DNA of 64,000 bases. It comes from an uncultured Lachnoanaerobaculum sp. (GTDB taxonomy: Bacteria; Bacillota; Clostridia; Lachnospirales; Lachnospiraceae). The notes under the pieces were generated by a model. That model did no database searches, was not told where the DNA came from, and saw only the letters and a list, made by a program, of their open reading frames with translations. Below, in pieces: positions 9,233 through 18,166 of the stretch; positions within the stretch are counted from its first letter, which is position 1; each line of letters begins with the position of its first letter. The stretch covers positions 5,184 through 69,183 of the forward strand of contig CALALP010000044.1 in assembly GCA_937925515.1 (NCBI GenBank). Reading direction: 5' to 3'. The position numbers were made by a program, and so were the translations under genes.

Positions 9233-10561
9233 TTACTTTTTCCTATAAGTCGTAGTACCACCTTTTTCTCCAGTATCAAAAGTAGCCTCTACTGTAAATA
9301 CTCCATTTGATATAGTGCCATTCCAAGTTATAGTTGAACCATTCTTTTTGATAGTTATTTGATTTCCTTTAACTTTCCATTTAAAAGGCTCTACATAATC
9401 TGAATATTTATTATATTCATGTCCTGTTCCGTCCTCTTTTAGTATTTTCCCCTTGCCTTCAATTTCCTTATCAATATTCCCCTCAGCATCAGTTGAATCT
9501 ATCAACTCATAATCCCCTGCAATATCCTCTATTGTAATTTCAGTTTCTTTACTTCTTTTACGCCTCCTTGTTTCCTCGGAATTATCAGAATCATCAGAAT
9601 TATCTGCAACATAATTATCACTATTATTTTTTATTCTATCTTTTGCTACAAAGACTAATGCAAAAATCAAAATTATACATATCGGAATTGAAACAAGCAA
9701 AGCCTTAGAACCTTTTTTATTTCCACTTGAAACCTTAATAGTACTACTTCTACCATTATCTTTTGTACCCTCAAGTGCATTCAACATTTTATCTGCACTC
9801 TGATACCTTTTTTGCTGACTTTGAGAAGTAGCCTCATCTACTATCCTTTCAAGAAATTGTGGAAGTTCCGGATTTATTTTCCTTATAGGTTTTATCTCAT
9901 AAGGTGGCTCAGAGGGATTCTTTCCTGTGAGCATATAGTACAGGATAGTACCTAAACTATATATATCAGATGTTGCATCTATCTTTACATCTATTGACTT
10001 TGATAAACGCTCAGGAGATATATAGCCTCTAATACCACTTCGCATTACATAATTTTGATAGTCATTATTATAACTATATACAGAGCCAAAACCTAAAAGC
10101 ACCACTCTACCGTCAAGCTGTACTATAATATTATCCGGAATAAGATTTTCACAATAATAAGGCTTTTCCTGATTATGTAGATATGAAAGCACTGAACAAA
10201 GTTGCTTAGTATAAGATACAGCATTTTCTGCTAATAAAGCACCATTTGCTTGAAGATATGTAGAAAGCTTATTTCCCTCTACATACTCCATTACAATATA
10301 CACAAAATCTCCCTCTTGAATCACTTCATAAAATATAGGAAGATTTCTATGCCTAAAATTTGCCAATTTCCTAATATCTTCAACAAAATAATTCCAAGTA
10401 ATCGGACTTCTGTCATTTAAGCTTTCTCTACCAATCTCTTTGATTGCAAGTTGCCTATTATTCATTTCATTAAAAGCAAGATATACAGTATTGCTACTGC
10501 TTTTATCAAGTTGCTTTAATATTCTATATCCACCATTTAATAAACTTCCCTCTTTTATCAT
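9233..10561 (-). CDS. essB: EssB/YukC T7SS membrane protein with pseudokinase N-domain
   Basis: 442 aa; N-terminal protein-kinase-like fold (YRILKQL...LAIKEI), a single central TM (LLVSIPICIILIFALVFVA), extracellular C-domain; immediately upstream of essC. Confidence 0.7.
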   Translation of the reverse strand: MIKEGSLLNGGYRILKQLDKSSSNTVYLAFNEMNNRQLAIKEIGRESLNDRSPITWNYFVEDIRKLANFRHRNLPIFYEVIQEGDFVYIVMEYVEGNKLSTYLQANGALLAENAVSYTKQLCSVLSYLHNQEKPYYCENLIPDNIIVQLDGRVVLLGFGSVYSYNNDYQNYVMRSGIRGYISPERLSKSIDVKIDATSDIYSLGTILYYMLTGKNPSEPPYEIKPIRKINPELPQFLERIVDEATSQSQQKRYQSADKMLNALEGTKDNGRSSTIKVSSGNKKGSKALLVSIPICIILIFALVFVAKDRIKNNSDNYVADNSDDSDNSEETRRRKRSKETEITIEDIAGDYELIDSTDAEGNIDKEIEGKGKILKEDGTGHEYNKYSDYVEPFKWKVKGNQITIKKNGSTITWNGTISNGVFTVEATFDTGEKGGTTTYRKK

Positions 10562-10581
10562 ATAAGCCCCCTATCTACTCC

Positions 10582-11052
10582 TTAATCAGTTACTCCATAT
10601 TTAGTAAATACTTCATCAAAAAGTGCTTTATTATCTATGTAAGTCTGATTATTTTCTATATTAGGAATATTCATCAAATCTTTTTTCATAATCTTAGCGT
10701 CCCATGAAAAATCCTTATCTCCAGAATAGTCTTTAAGTAGTTCGGCAAAAGGTACATAAGTACCTATATAGTTAGGAAAATCATATATATTTAGGGCATA
10801 TGTAGTTTCTGCCATTTCATAATCGCCAAACATTTTATAAATATTTGCACTTATGTTTTTGACTAAAAGCTCCCACATAATGTCATCTTTATTAGCATAA
10901 ATAATAGCTGTTTGTAACTCTTCATTTTCAACCTTTGTATCTTCTGAATTATTTTCAGTTTTACCATTACAACCAATTATCATAGATGCTGACAACCCTA
11001 TAACTGCTAATAAATAAAAACTTTTTTTGAAAAAACTATTATCCTTAACCAT
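10582..11052 (-). CDS. Lipoprotein of unknown function, first gene of T7SS operon
   Basis: Signal peptide with lipobox (LSASMIIGC-NGK). Confidence 0.5.
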   Translation of the reverse strand: MVKDNSFFKKSFYLLAVIGLSASMIIGCNGKTENNSEDTKVENEELQTAIIYANKDDIMWELLVKNISANIYKMFGDYEMAETTYALNIYDFPNYIGTYVPFAELLKDYSGDKDFSWDAKIMKKDLMNIPNIENNQTYIDNKALFDEVFTKYGVTD

Positions 11053-11392
11053 ACCCTTTCTCCTTTTTATTCAAAATTTATTTTAGTAAACTTATAAATT
11101 TCATAGTATTATAAATTACTTATAATTATACTTGTATTACCAACCTTTTTCAATACAATTCAACTATATTTTTTAAATAAAAACAATGATTTACTAGAAA
11201 AATAATACATTGCCAAAAAATATATAGAGCAATTATTGTAAAATTTTTAACTAATATCTATAAATTATCTTTGCTTAATTTTTATCTTAGATATAGCCTA
11301 ATTATAACAGTTTAAAGTTTTTTTCAATGTTTTGTTGATATAATGTAAGTTTTTTAGGACGAAATGCAGAGTTGGATATTGTATTTATTTTA

Positions 11393-11426
11393 TAAAATAA
11401 AAGAGCAACTTTTACACTGCTCTTTA
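11393..11426 (-). terminator. Putative rho-independent terminator after the TOPRIM-like gene
   Basis: 7-bp stem AAGAGCA/TGCTCTT with 10-nt loop; on the minus strand followed by TTATTTTAT. Confidence 0.35.
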
Positions 11427-11431
11427 ACTAA

Positions 11432-11953
11432 TTATTTTAATATCTTCTTTATGCCACTTTGTAAATCAGAAAAACTACTCTTAGGTTTGGTTATCCACAT
11501 TTTACTAATATCAAAATTAGTTCTAATTAGATGTTCTTTTAAATTTTTACATTTAATAAATTCGCTTTTAAAATCTTTAGGACTCTTACAATTAATCAAG
11601 CTTTCAATTTTATTACTAATATTACAACACCTACATAATTCATCTTCAAAATTATTTACTTGTGGTAGTATTATAACCTCTTTTATATAAGATTTTTTCT
11701 CTAAAAATTTAATATTACTATTTAGTATATCAGCACTACAAGTATCTGTATCAAACACTAAAACAATTATAGTATTCTTTTTCAAATTTATTAAATGGCT
11801 ATTTTTTAGTTGTTCTTGAACTACATTAAAACGCTTAATTTTACCTGCTTGTATTAAATCTAGTTCATTATGAAGAACCTTGATAAATATTTCCTCAGTT
11901 TTTCCCTCAACATAATATTCATAGATAACATTCTTTTTACTTACATTTCTCAT
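11432..11953 (-). CDS. Small TOPRIM-like protein (DUF4276/RloB-like), putative nuclease partner of the upstream ATPase
   Basis: About 173 aa; N-terminal VEGKTEE (conserved Glu), then LVFDTDT (DxD) about 50 residues later, the TOPRIM pattern. RBS AAGGAAG before the ATG at 11953; overlaps the ATPase stop by 17 nt. Confidence 0.6.
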   Translation of the reverse strand: MRNVSKKNVIYEYYVEGKTEEIFIKVLHNELDLIQAGKIKRFNVVQEQLKNSHLINLKKNTIIVLVFDTDTCSADILNSNIKFLEKKSYIKEVIILPQVNNFEDELCRCCNISNKIESLINCKSPKDFKSEFIKCKNLKEHLIRTNFDISKMWITKPKSSFSDLQSGIKKILK

Positions 11954-13049
11954 AATCAATATACTTCCTTATGTGTTCTACATTTGGAGAGTGTAAAAAA
12001 ACATCATTATCAATAGCATTCTTAAGTGAATCTGTTGATTTTTTTAACTTATCAGAGGCTGAAACACACCTAATTTTTACATCGCAACTGTCCTCTTCTT
12101 TTATCAAAAAAGTAAATGCATGTTTTGGTAAATTTATATTTGCAATGTCTAAATTATGAGTTGTTATAAATAACTGTTCATTGTATTGTAAATTAGCTAT
12201 CATAACATTTATTAATTCTCTTTCTATATCACTATGTACATACACAAACTTTTCATCTAAATAATAGAAACCATTTTTATGCTCAATAAGTGCAAATAAA
12301 AAGTTAGCAATATCTATACCGTCTTTTGTACCACTTGACAACATTCTTTCATCTAAAAGTCTTCCATTTTGAATATAAATTTTACTTTTACAAGTTTCTA
12401 TGGCATAGGTATCATTGTCATGGTCAATTTCTTTAATCCCAATAATTGAACTATCTAAGGTTTTTAGTACATCTTCTAATACTTTAAAATATTTGTCATC
12501 TGTATCTTCAATTTCTAAATCTTTTATATTATCTCTCTCCGGATAACTAAACCTCCAACCAAATCTATGTATATCTCTTAAATCGCTATTTGCACTAATG
12601 GATTCTATTCTTTTAGAACAAGTTTCATAACTATCATTCTTCCATATATTAATCATTTTTACTTCTAATTGTATATCATCTAAAGTATATCCAAACTCAT
12701 CATTAATAATTGGAATATTCACACTAACTCTAAAAAACTTTTCCTCATTAGTTGCAAAGTCAATAATAAAACTAGATTCATTTGATTTATCTATAATTAA
12801 ATCTACTAGTTTATCCACATTCCTTTTAGTAATAAAATTAAATATATTCATAAGGACTTTCCCTAGAGATGTCTTTCCGGTAGCATTTGTTCCAAATAAT
12901 ATATTAACCTTTTTGTATCTAAAATTTTCAAATCCTTTCAGATGTTCACCCTCAACCATACTATCCACTATTTTTCTTGGATAAGTAAAATTAATATGAA
13001 AATCATTGAATTGCAGTAAATTATTTACTTTTAAATCTAGCACTATCAT
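11937..13049 (-). CDS. AAA_21/ABC-like ATPase (RloA/AbiLi/OLD-N/AriA-like)
   Basis: Walker A GTNATGKTS, signature-like LSSGTKDGIDIANF, Walker B FYYLDE, H-loop ITTHN. Best start is ATG at 13049 (MIVLDLK) preceded by AGGAGG; the ORF-track start at 13112 lacks an RBS. Confidence 0.75.
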   Translation of the reverse strand: MIVLDLKVNNLLQFNDFHINFTYPRKIVDSMVEGEHLKGFENFRYKKVNILFGTNATGKTSLGKVLMNIFNFITKRNVDKLVDLIIDKSNESSFIIDFATNEEKFFRVSVNIPIINDEFGYTLDDIQLEVKMINIWKNDSYETCSKRIESISANSDLRDIHRFGWRFSYPERDNIKDLEIEDTDDKYFKVLEDVLKTLDSSIIGIKEIDHDNDTYAIETCKSKIYIQNGRLLDERMLSSGTKDGIDIANFLFALIEHKNGFYYLDEKFVYVHSDIERELINVMIANLQYNEQLFITTHNLDIANINLPKHAFTFLIKEEDSCDVKIRCVSASDKLKKSTDSLKNAIDNDVFLHSPNVEHIRKYIDYEKCK

Positions 13050-13186
13050 ATTATACCTCCTATGTATAAATTCCGATTTTGAGAAGTTATACATATTAAG
13101 TATAAAATACAATTATATTTTTTTCAATACTTTTATGGTATGGTATGTTTAAGAATATATAATTCTTTATCCTAGCAAACATAAAA

Positions 13187-13226
13187 AAAGAATGATTCAC
13201 ATATACATGAACCATTCTTTTAGTTT
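13187..13226 (-). terminator. Rho-independent terminator downstream of TasA-like gene
   Basis: Minus-strand reading: about 12-bp stem AAGAATGGTTCA/TGAATCATTCTT (one mismatch), loop TGTATATG, then TTTTTTTATG. Confidence 0.5.
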
Positions 13227-13314
13227 AACATTTACTTAATTCCAAAATCACTTATTGACCTTGACCGTCTTTAATCTTCCAATACTCTCGTATTAATTAA
13301 GGCTTAATAGGTTT

Positions 13315-14346
13315 TTATGGTTGTGGCTTTTGAGGTGTTTTTGCGTTTCCATTCTGCTTTTCAAGAATGTTTGGCTTAGCCTCTTTCTTTCCTATATTGA
13401 ACTGATCCCAGTTGAATTGAATGTCGATATGAGCGATTTGATTCTGAGAATCTGAATCACCTCTAGTTTCAATCATCTTGTCAGCTGTACCTGTTGTATA
13501 CTTACCGTCTAAATCAGGATCCATAGCTATACCAAGGTATAAGTCCATTCTACGGTTTGTCTCAGGGCTTGTATAGATTTCAGCATCCTTGATTGCATCC
13601 TTAATCTTCTTAGCATCTAAATTCTTGAGTGCTGATAATCTTAAGAAATCAACTCCACCTACTCTGAATACATCTTCTTGCTTAGCACCAAGGCTCTTAA
13701 CTAATGCAAATGCTGCATCCTCTCCTGTGATTCCGTCGCCTTCTTTATGAACATAGATAGCAACACCGAGTAACTTCTCAACTGTATCTGTGCTAAGTCC
13801 ACCATTAGCAGCCTTTGAACTTACAATGAACTTGATGTTGCTTAACTTAGCTGCAACAGTTCCAAGGCTTACGATGTCTGTACGGAATGCTTGTGCATAA
13901 CCAGGATAAATGTTGTTAATATCAACACCTATGTTGTGGCTACCGTTTGTATTTGTTGTAAGATAAGGTCCAACCTGTCTCTTGATAGGCTCAGCATCCT
14001 TAAGTTCAGCTGAGAAATCAATATTGTTGTATTTCTTAGCACGATCTTTGTATTGTTGAATAGAACCGTCCTTAGCAATCTTGTTATAATTGCTTGTTCC
14101 TCTTAAGAAGAAATCTGAAGGAACATAACCCTTATCGCCAACTCCGTCAACTATTGACCAACCGTGATTCTCATCACCATATTGTGCATAAAGACCTAAG
14201 TCTACGAACTGTACATCAAAATCTCCTGTGGTTGCCTTTGACTGGATATTAAGTGTCTTTGTCCATGCTGCATAACCTGTACCTGTTAATACCATTGCAA
14301 GTGCTAATGCACCAGCGATAATACTCTTCTTGCTTGCTTTTCTCAT
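13315..14346 (-). CDS. Secreted TasA/camelysin-like protein with SipW-cognate-type signal peptide
   Basis: 343 aa; N-terminus ...ALAMVLTGTGYAAWTKTL, compare B. subtilis TasA ...GGGTWAAFNDIKS. Confidence 0.55.
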   Translation of the reverse strand: MRKASKKSIIAGALALAMVLTGTGYAAWTKTLNIQSKATTGDFDVQFVDLGLYAQYGDENHGWSIVDGVGDKGYVPSDFFLRGTSNYNKIAKDGSIQQYKDRAKKYNNIDFSAELKDAEPIKRQVGPYLTTNTNGSHNIGVDINNIYPGYAQAFRTDIVSLGTVAAKLSNIKFIVSSKAANGGLSTDTVEKLLGVAIYVHKEGDGITGEDAAFALVKSLGAKQEDVFRVGGVDFLRLSALKNLDAKKIKDAIKDAEIYTSPETNRRMDLYLGIAMDPDLDGKYTTGTADKMIETRGDSDSQNQIAHIDIQFNWDQFNIGKKEAKPNILEKQNGNAKTPQKPQP

Positions 14347-14489
14347 TTTTTCTCCTATCCTTGATTAGTATAATACGAATCTAAGTTTTTTTATAATTTT
14401 TTTGCCAAATCGATTTGCTATAATTAATTTTACCATAAAACTAATAAATAACATTGTACTTTAGTATTATTTTCATATACTCCTTTAGT

Positions 14490-15866
14490 TTATCTTTTTT
14501 CTCTTGATACATAAACTATATCCTTTGCATAAAGATAGAAACTACCCTCCACAGGGAGTTCTTTTTCATCAAGGCTATATAAAACAGGTTGTCTTATTTC
14601 ATCGGCAATCATAAACAAATCCTCTATTTCAGCCACTTCCACTAAAGTTCTATCTTCAAAACTTGGTAGTACAACTACATTTACCATTCTACTCATATTC
14701 TTTTTAAGAGATTTCTTTAACTTAAGTTCATATTTTTCTTCTTCATTAGGTACTTTTGTAAATAATAAAATATATACTACTAAAGCTACTCCTATTATAA
14801 ATAATACTACTCCTGCAAAGAAAAATAGAGGGCTATTTTTAACTACTTCCTCAGTGGTTGTATTTACTTGTTCAACTTCATCTTTATCTTCAGGCTTTAA
14901 TATTGAATAATATGGGTTACTATCAAGTATATTCATAGTTACTTTTGATTCAAAACTTTTATCAGCAGGCGAAACTTCATCATTTACATGGATTGTACCT
15001 CCAAATACAAGGTAAAATTCCTTATCAGTAGCACCTCCAAGTATTTCCTCAGCCTTAGTAACTTCTTCTAAATATTGAGTGGGCTTAATTTCAATGTTTT
15101 CATCAACAACTACATTAGTATCAGAGTTTTTTGTTATATTTGAACTCTTAAGTCTAAATCTCTTTTCATATATTGGAGTTTTGCTTTCAGCATCTTTTTG
15201 AAATCCCTCAATAACAGCATCTATATAATAATCTCCACTAAAATTAAGTGTTTTACTTGTTTTAAGTTGTGAACTAAAGTTTACTGAAATAAAATCAGTA
15301 ATTTTCTTTGAATAAATCTTACCCTCATCGAGATACTCGTCTGATATTAATTCATTTCCCAAGAGTTTAACTTTATATTTGGAAGTATTTTTAAATGTGT
15401 ATGTATATAACAAGTTACTTTTTTCTTCTGTTTTAGACTTACTTCCAAAGTAAAAACATACTCCTGCAACTCCCATAAACAATACAACAGAAAAAATTAT
15501 GCCTAAAATCCTGGTAAGACTTGAAATTGCTTTTTTTTCAAAGTTAAATTTTTGACTTAACTTTTCTTTGTTTTCACTATCTGCATTATCTGCATTTTCT
15601 TTATCTATAATAGTTTCTTGTTTTGCAACATCTTCTTTATTTAAATCTTCTTTATTTAAGTCTTTTTCACCTGAAATAACATTTTCTTTATCTGAAACAA
15701 TGTTTTCTGCATCTGAGACAACATTTCCTTTATCTGAAATAATATCTTCTTGCTTATCTAAATTTTCCCCCTGACTTGTATCTTCAGGGTGTATTTTATC
15801 TGACTCTATTTTATCAACTGTATCTACATTTTTATTTTGTTTCTTCTTTTTTCCCATAATCCACAA
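14490..15866 (-). CDS. Membrane protein of the SipW/TasA-like locus, 2 TM segments with a large extracytoplasmic domain and a low-complexity acidic N-terminus
   Basis: 458 aa; TM segments near residues 118-140 and 345-368; N-terminus rich in D/K/E/N repeats; 35-nt overlap with the SipW gene. Confidence 0.4.
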   Translation of the reverse strand: MWIMGKKKKQNKNVDTVDKIESDKIHPEDTSQGENLDKQEDIISDKGNVVSDAENIVSDKENVISGEKDLNKEDLNKEDVAKQETIIDKENADNADSENKEKLSQKFNFEKKAISSLTRILGIIFSVVLFMGVAGVCFYFGSKSKTEEKSNLLYTYTFKNTSKYKVKLLGNELISDEYLDEGKIYSKKITDFISVNFSSQLKTSKTLNFSGDYYIDAVIEGFQKDAESKTPIYEKRFRLKSSNITKNSDTNVVVDENIEIKPTQYLEEVTKAEEILGGATDKEFYLVFGGTIHVNDEVSPADKSFESKVTMNILDSNPYYSILKPEDKDEVEQVNTTTEEVVKNSPLFFFAGVVLFIIGVALVVYILLFTKVPNEEEKYELKLKKSLKKNMSRMVNVVVLPSFEDRTLVEVAEIEDLFMIADEIRQPVLYSLDEKELPVEGSFYLYAKDIVYVSREKR

Positions 15867-17037
15867 CTCCTTCCGGTATGTCTGATTGTTTTTTTGTCAT
15901 CATAATAGGTATTCCTATCTTGGGTATTACTGCTATGTATTTTCCATTTACCTCTGAAATTTCAACTTCATCATCATCGATAGAAAAATTATTATCTCCT
16001 TTAGTTATAAATTTAATATTTCCTGCCTCATCTTTTTTAATATCCACTATTCTATGTGTTATAACAATGCTATCTCTATAAAAATTTATAACTGTTCCCT
16101 TAGTAAAGCTTTCTATTTCTTCCTGATTTTTAGGTTTTTGTATTAGAATGACATCTCCGGGCTTAATTTTAGGTAACATACTACCTGTAAGAATGACTGA
16201 CGGATAGATTGGGAATACTCCAACGCAAAACCACGAAAACATTATTGTACCAAAAAGTCCCACTACATATCCAACTGTAACCTTTTCATCTCTTACTCTT
16301 CTCGTTCCGTCTAAAACTTGTGAGGTTTCATACATAATCATTGTATAAATAGCAGGAAATACTATTCCTATTGCCGCCTCTGCAAGCCAATTCAAATCAG
16401 GTAAATATGGAAACATATGTATAAATAATTCTTTTACAAGTATATAAGAAATTGAAGAAATTGCTCCTCCATAATAGGATAAAGTAGTAAGCAGTATACT
16501 ATCCATAATTGCAGGAACTGCATATTGTGCTAGGTATATGACTATATCTTTCTTTTCCTTAGCTTGACTAATGTTTCTCAATGAAATATCAGATAATAAA
16601 ATCACTATAAAAACCACAAAAAAATACCATAGCTTTTTCTTTTTCCAACTTGCTGCTATGGCATATTCTCTTATTTTCTCCCTTGCTATAAGAATGGGAA
16701 TAATTGAAATAAAGGTGTTAAATAATCCCTCCAAAGATAAATCATAGGGCGAGAGTTTTATTTGTGATAAAATTGCACCTACAACATACTTTATTGCAAT
16801 AAAAATAAACGCTCCTGAGGCTGCTGAAAAAGCTATCCTTGAGTGCATTACCACCCTACCTGAAACATAAAGTTTAGGTAGGGTAATTAAAATGGCAAAT
16901 AATGTAATCCAATAAACCATTACTATATATGGATACTCTATGATAAACTTTGAAATGATTGGAATTTTAGATATACCAAACAAAATGACAAATATAAAGG
17001 CATATATAATATAATATTTATTTTTCTTATACTTCAT
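15832..17037 (-). CDS. sipW: SipW-type (archaeal/ER-type) signal peptidase I fused to an N-terminal polytopic membrane domain
   Basis: C-terminal 130 aa carry box B SVILTGSMLPKIKPGDVILIQK (catalytic Ser) and box D VITHRIVDI (His). The N-terminal ~270 aa contain ~8 predicted TM helices of unknown family. Confidence 0.7.
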   Translation of the reverse strand: MKYKKNKYYIIYAFIFVILFGISKIPIISKFIIEYPYIVMVYWITLFAILITLPKLYVSGRVVMHSRIAFSAASGAFIFIAIKYVVGAILSQIKLSPYDLSLEGLFNTFISIIPILIAREKIREYAIAASWKKKKLWYFFVVFIVILLSDISLRNISQAKEKKDIVIYLAQYAVPAIMDSILLTTLSYYGGAISSISYILVKELFIHMFPYLPDLNWLAEAAIGIVFPAIYTMIMYETSQVLDGTRRVRDEKVTVGYVVGLFGTIMFSWFCVGVFPIYPSVILTGSMLPKIKPGDVILIQKPKNQEEIESFTKGTVINFYRDSIVITHRIVDIKKDEAGNIKFITKGDNNFSIDDDEVEISEVNGKYIAVIPKIGIPIMMTKKQSDIPEGVVDYGKKEETK

Positions 17038-17041
17038 AGCA

Positions 17042-17389
17042 TTACTCTTTTGTTGTTTCTACTTCAATAGAACTTGTTTCAATAGAACTTGTTTCACTAG
17101 AGCTTATTTCACTAGAGCTTATTTCACTAGAGCTTATTTCACTAGAACTTATTTCACTAGAGCTTATTTCACTAGAACTTTCTTTATTAATACTTTCTTG
17201 TTCAATAACTTCAGTTGCTTGGCTCTCTGTTTCTTCCTCGCTTGTTTCTTCCTCTTCTTTAACAACTATATTATCCATAGTATATACAACAGGAACATTG
17301 ACTTTCATATCAAGCCTTTGATTCCAGTACGCATAAGAAATCCCTGTAATAGATAAAACAAAAACTAAAATTGCTACTGATAATCTCAT
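17042..17389 (-). CDS. Small secreted acidic protein with SipW-cognate-type signal peptide and tandem SSEIS repeats
   Basis: 115 aa; N-terminus LSITGISYAYWNQRL; Glu-rich centre; C-terminal (SSEIS)n encoded by the 15-bp tandem repeat. Confidence 0.5.
   Translation of the reverse strand: MRLSVAILVFVLSITGISYAYWNQRLDMKVNVPVVYTMDNIVVKEEEETSEEETESQATEVIEQESINKESSSEISSSEISSSEISSSEISSSEISSSETSSIETSSIEVETTKE
17066..17182. repeat. 15-bp tandem repeat, ~7.8 copies (AATAGAACTTGTTTC x2 then ACTAGAGCTTATTTC variants)
   Basis: Read directly from the sequence; in-frame within the CDS 17042..17389. Confidence 0.85.
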
Positions 17390-17397
17390 AGCTCCTC

Positions 17398-18126
17398 CTA
17401 TTTATTCTCATTTGATTTGTTTGACTGTTCTAAGTATAAATCAAGTTTACCTTTATAAGTTACCATTATTCCCTCTTGCTCAGAACTTAAATCTGAAACA
17501 ATGCTTAAATCTTCTATTTTATCCTCTAATTTAAGTTCCTTTGGAAAAGTTAAAACCTTTTCTTTGCTTTCATCTGTTAAACCAAGATAAATGTGTCCTA
17601 TATAGTCATCATTTTCCTTTGTTATACTTCTAAAAACATCAAATTTTATTTTTTCTTTAAATTCCTTTGGTGCATTTTCATATTCATAGACTGTTTCGCC
17701 TAAACTAAGATAAGTCTTTAAAGGTTCAAGTTCTAATGTTTTTTTGTCTTTTTTTGTAAAGTCTACATCATAAGCATAGATGTCCATAGGAGGCTTATTG
17801 CTCTTATTTTTTATAGGATATGATATTTTTATATATTTTCCCTCAATTAAAGGTTGTAGAGGCACTCCTGAATTAAAAGTTATGACAGCACTATTATCAT
17901 TATTTTCAAGTTCTGCTTTTAATTCAAAGCCCTGATATGAAGTATTGCTTTCATCAACTATTTCAGAGGTATAGCCCTCTTCCCCAAAACCAAACTTAAA
18001 AGTATCTGTACTTAACTTAGCTGAAACCTTTTGATCTCTTGACCATTTTGCATAACTTGAACCTGCAGCAAATAAGGTCATTACAATAACCAATGTTACT
18101 ATATACTTCAAAAATCCTTTTCTCAT
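17398..18126 (-). CDS. Secreted TasA-like protein with SipW-cognate-type signal peptide
   Basis: 242 aa; N-terminus LFAAGSSYAKWSRDQ. Confidence 0.5.
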   Translation of the reverse strand: MRKGFLKYIVTLVIVMTLFAAGSSYAKWSRDQKVSAKLSTDTFKFGFGEEGYTSEIVDESNTSYQGFELKAELENNDNSAVITFNSGVPLQPLIEGKYIKISYPIKNKSNKPPMDIYAYDVDFTKKDKKTLELEPLKTYLSLGETVYEYENAPKEFKEKIKFDVFRSITKENDDYIGHIYLGLTDESKEKVLTFPKELKLEDKIEDLSIVSDLSSEQEGIMVTYKGKLDLYLEQSNKSNENK

Positions 18127-18166
18127 TTTCCTACCTCTTTCTAATTATATTAAGTTAGTAAAACTA

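Noticed and set aside
11053-11431. Searched this spacer and 13113-13314 for integrase/transposase fragments, tRNA or attachment-site direct repeats flanking the ATPase/TOPRIM module
   Set aside because: None found by eye; only AT-rich sequence and hairpin terminators. Mobility of the module remains unproven.
13050-13112. N-terminal 21-aa extension of the AAA_21 ATPase ORF
   Set aside because: ATG 13049 is preceded by AGGAGG and starts the typical AAA_21 N-terminus; the upstream ATG has no RBS.
17066-17182. Tandem repeats considered as a possible CRISPR array (also the 30480-30600 and 46480-46545 repeats)
   Set aside because: Units are 12-18 bp, directly abutting with no spacers, and in-frame inside coding sequences. 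They are coding microsatellite-like repeats, not CRISPR.
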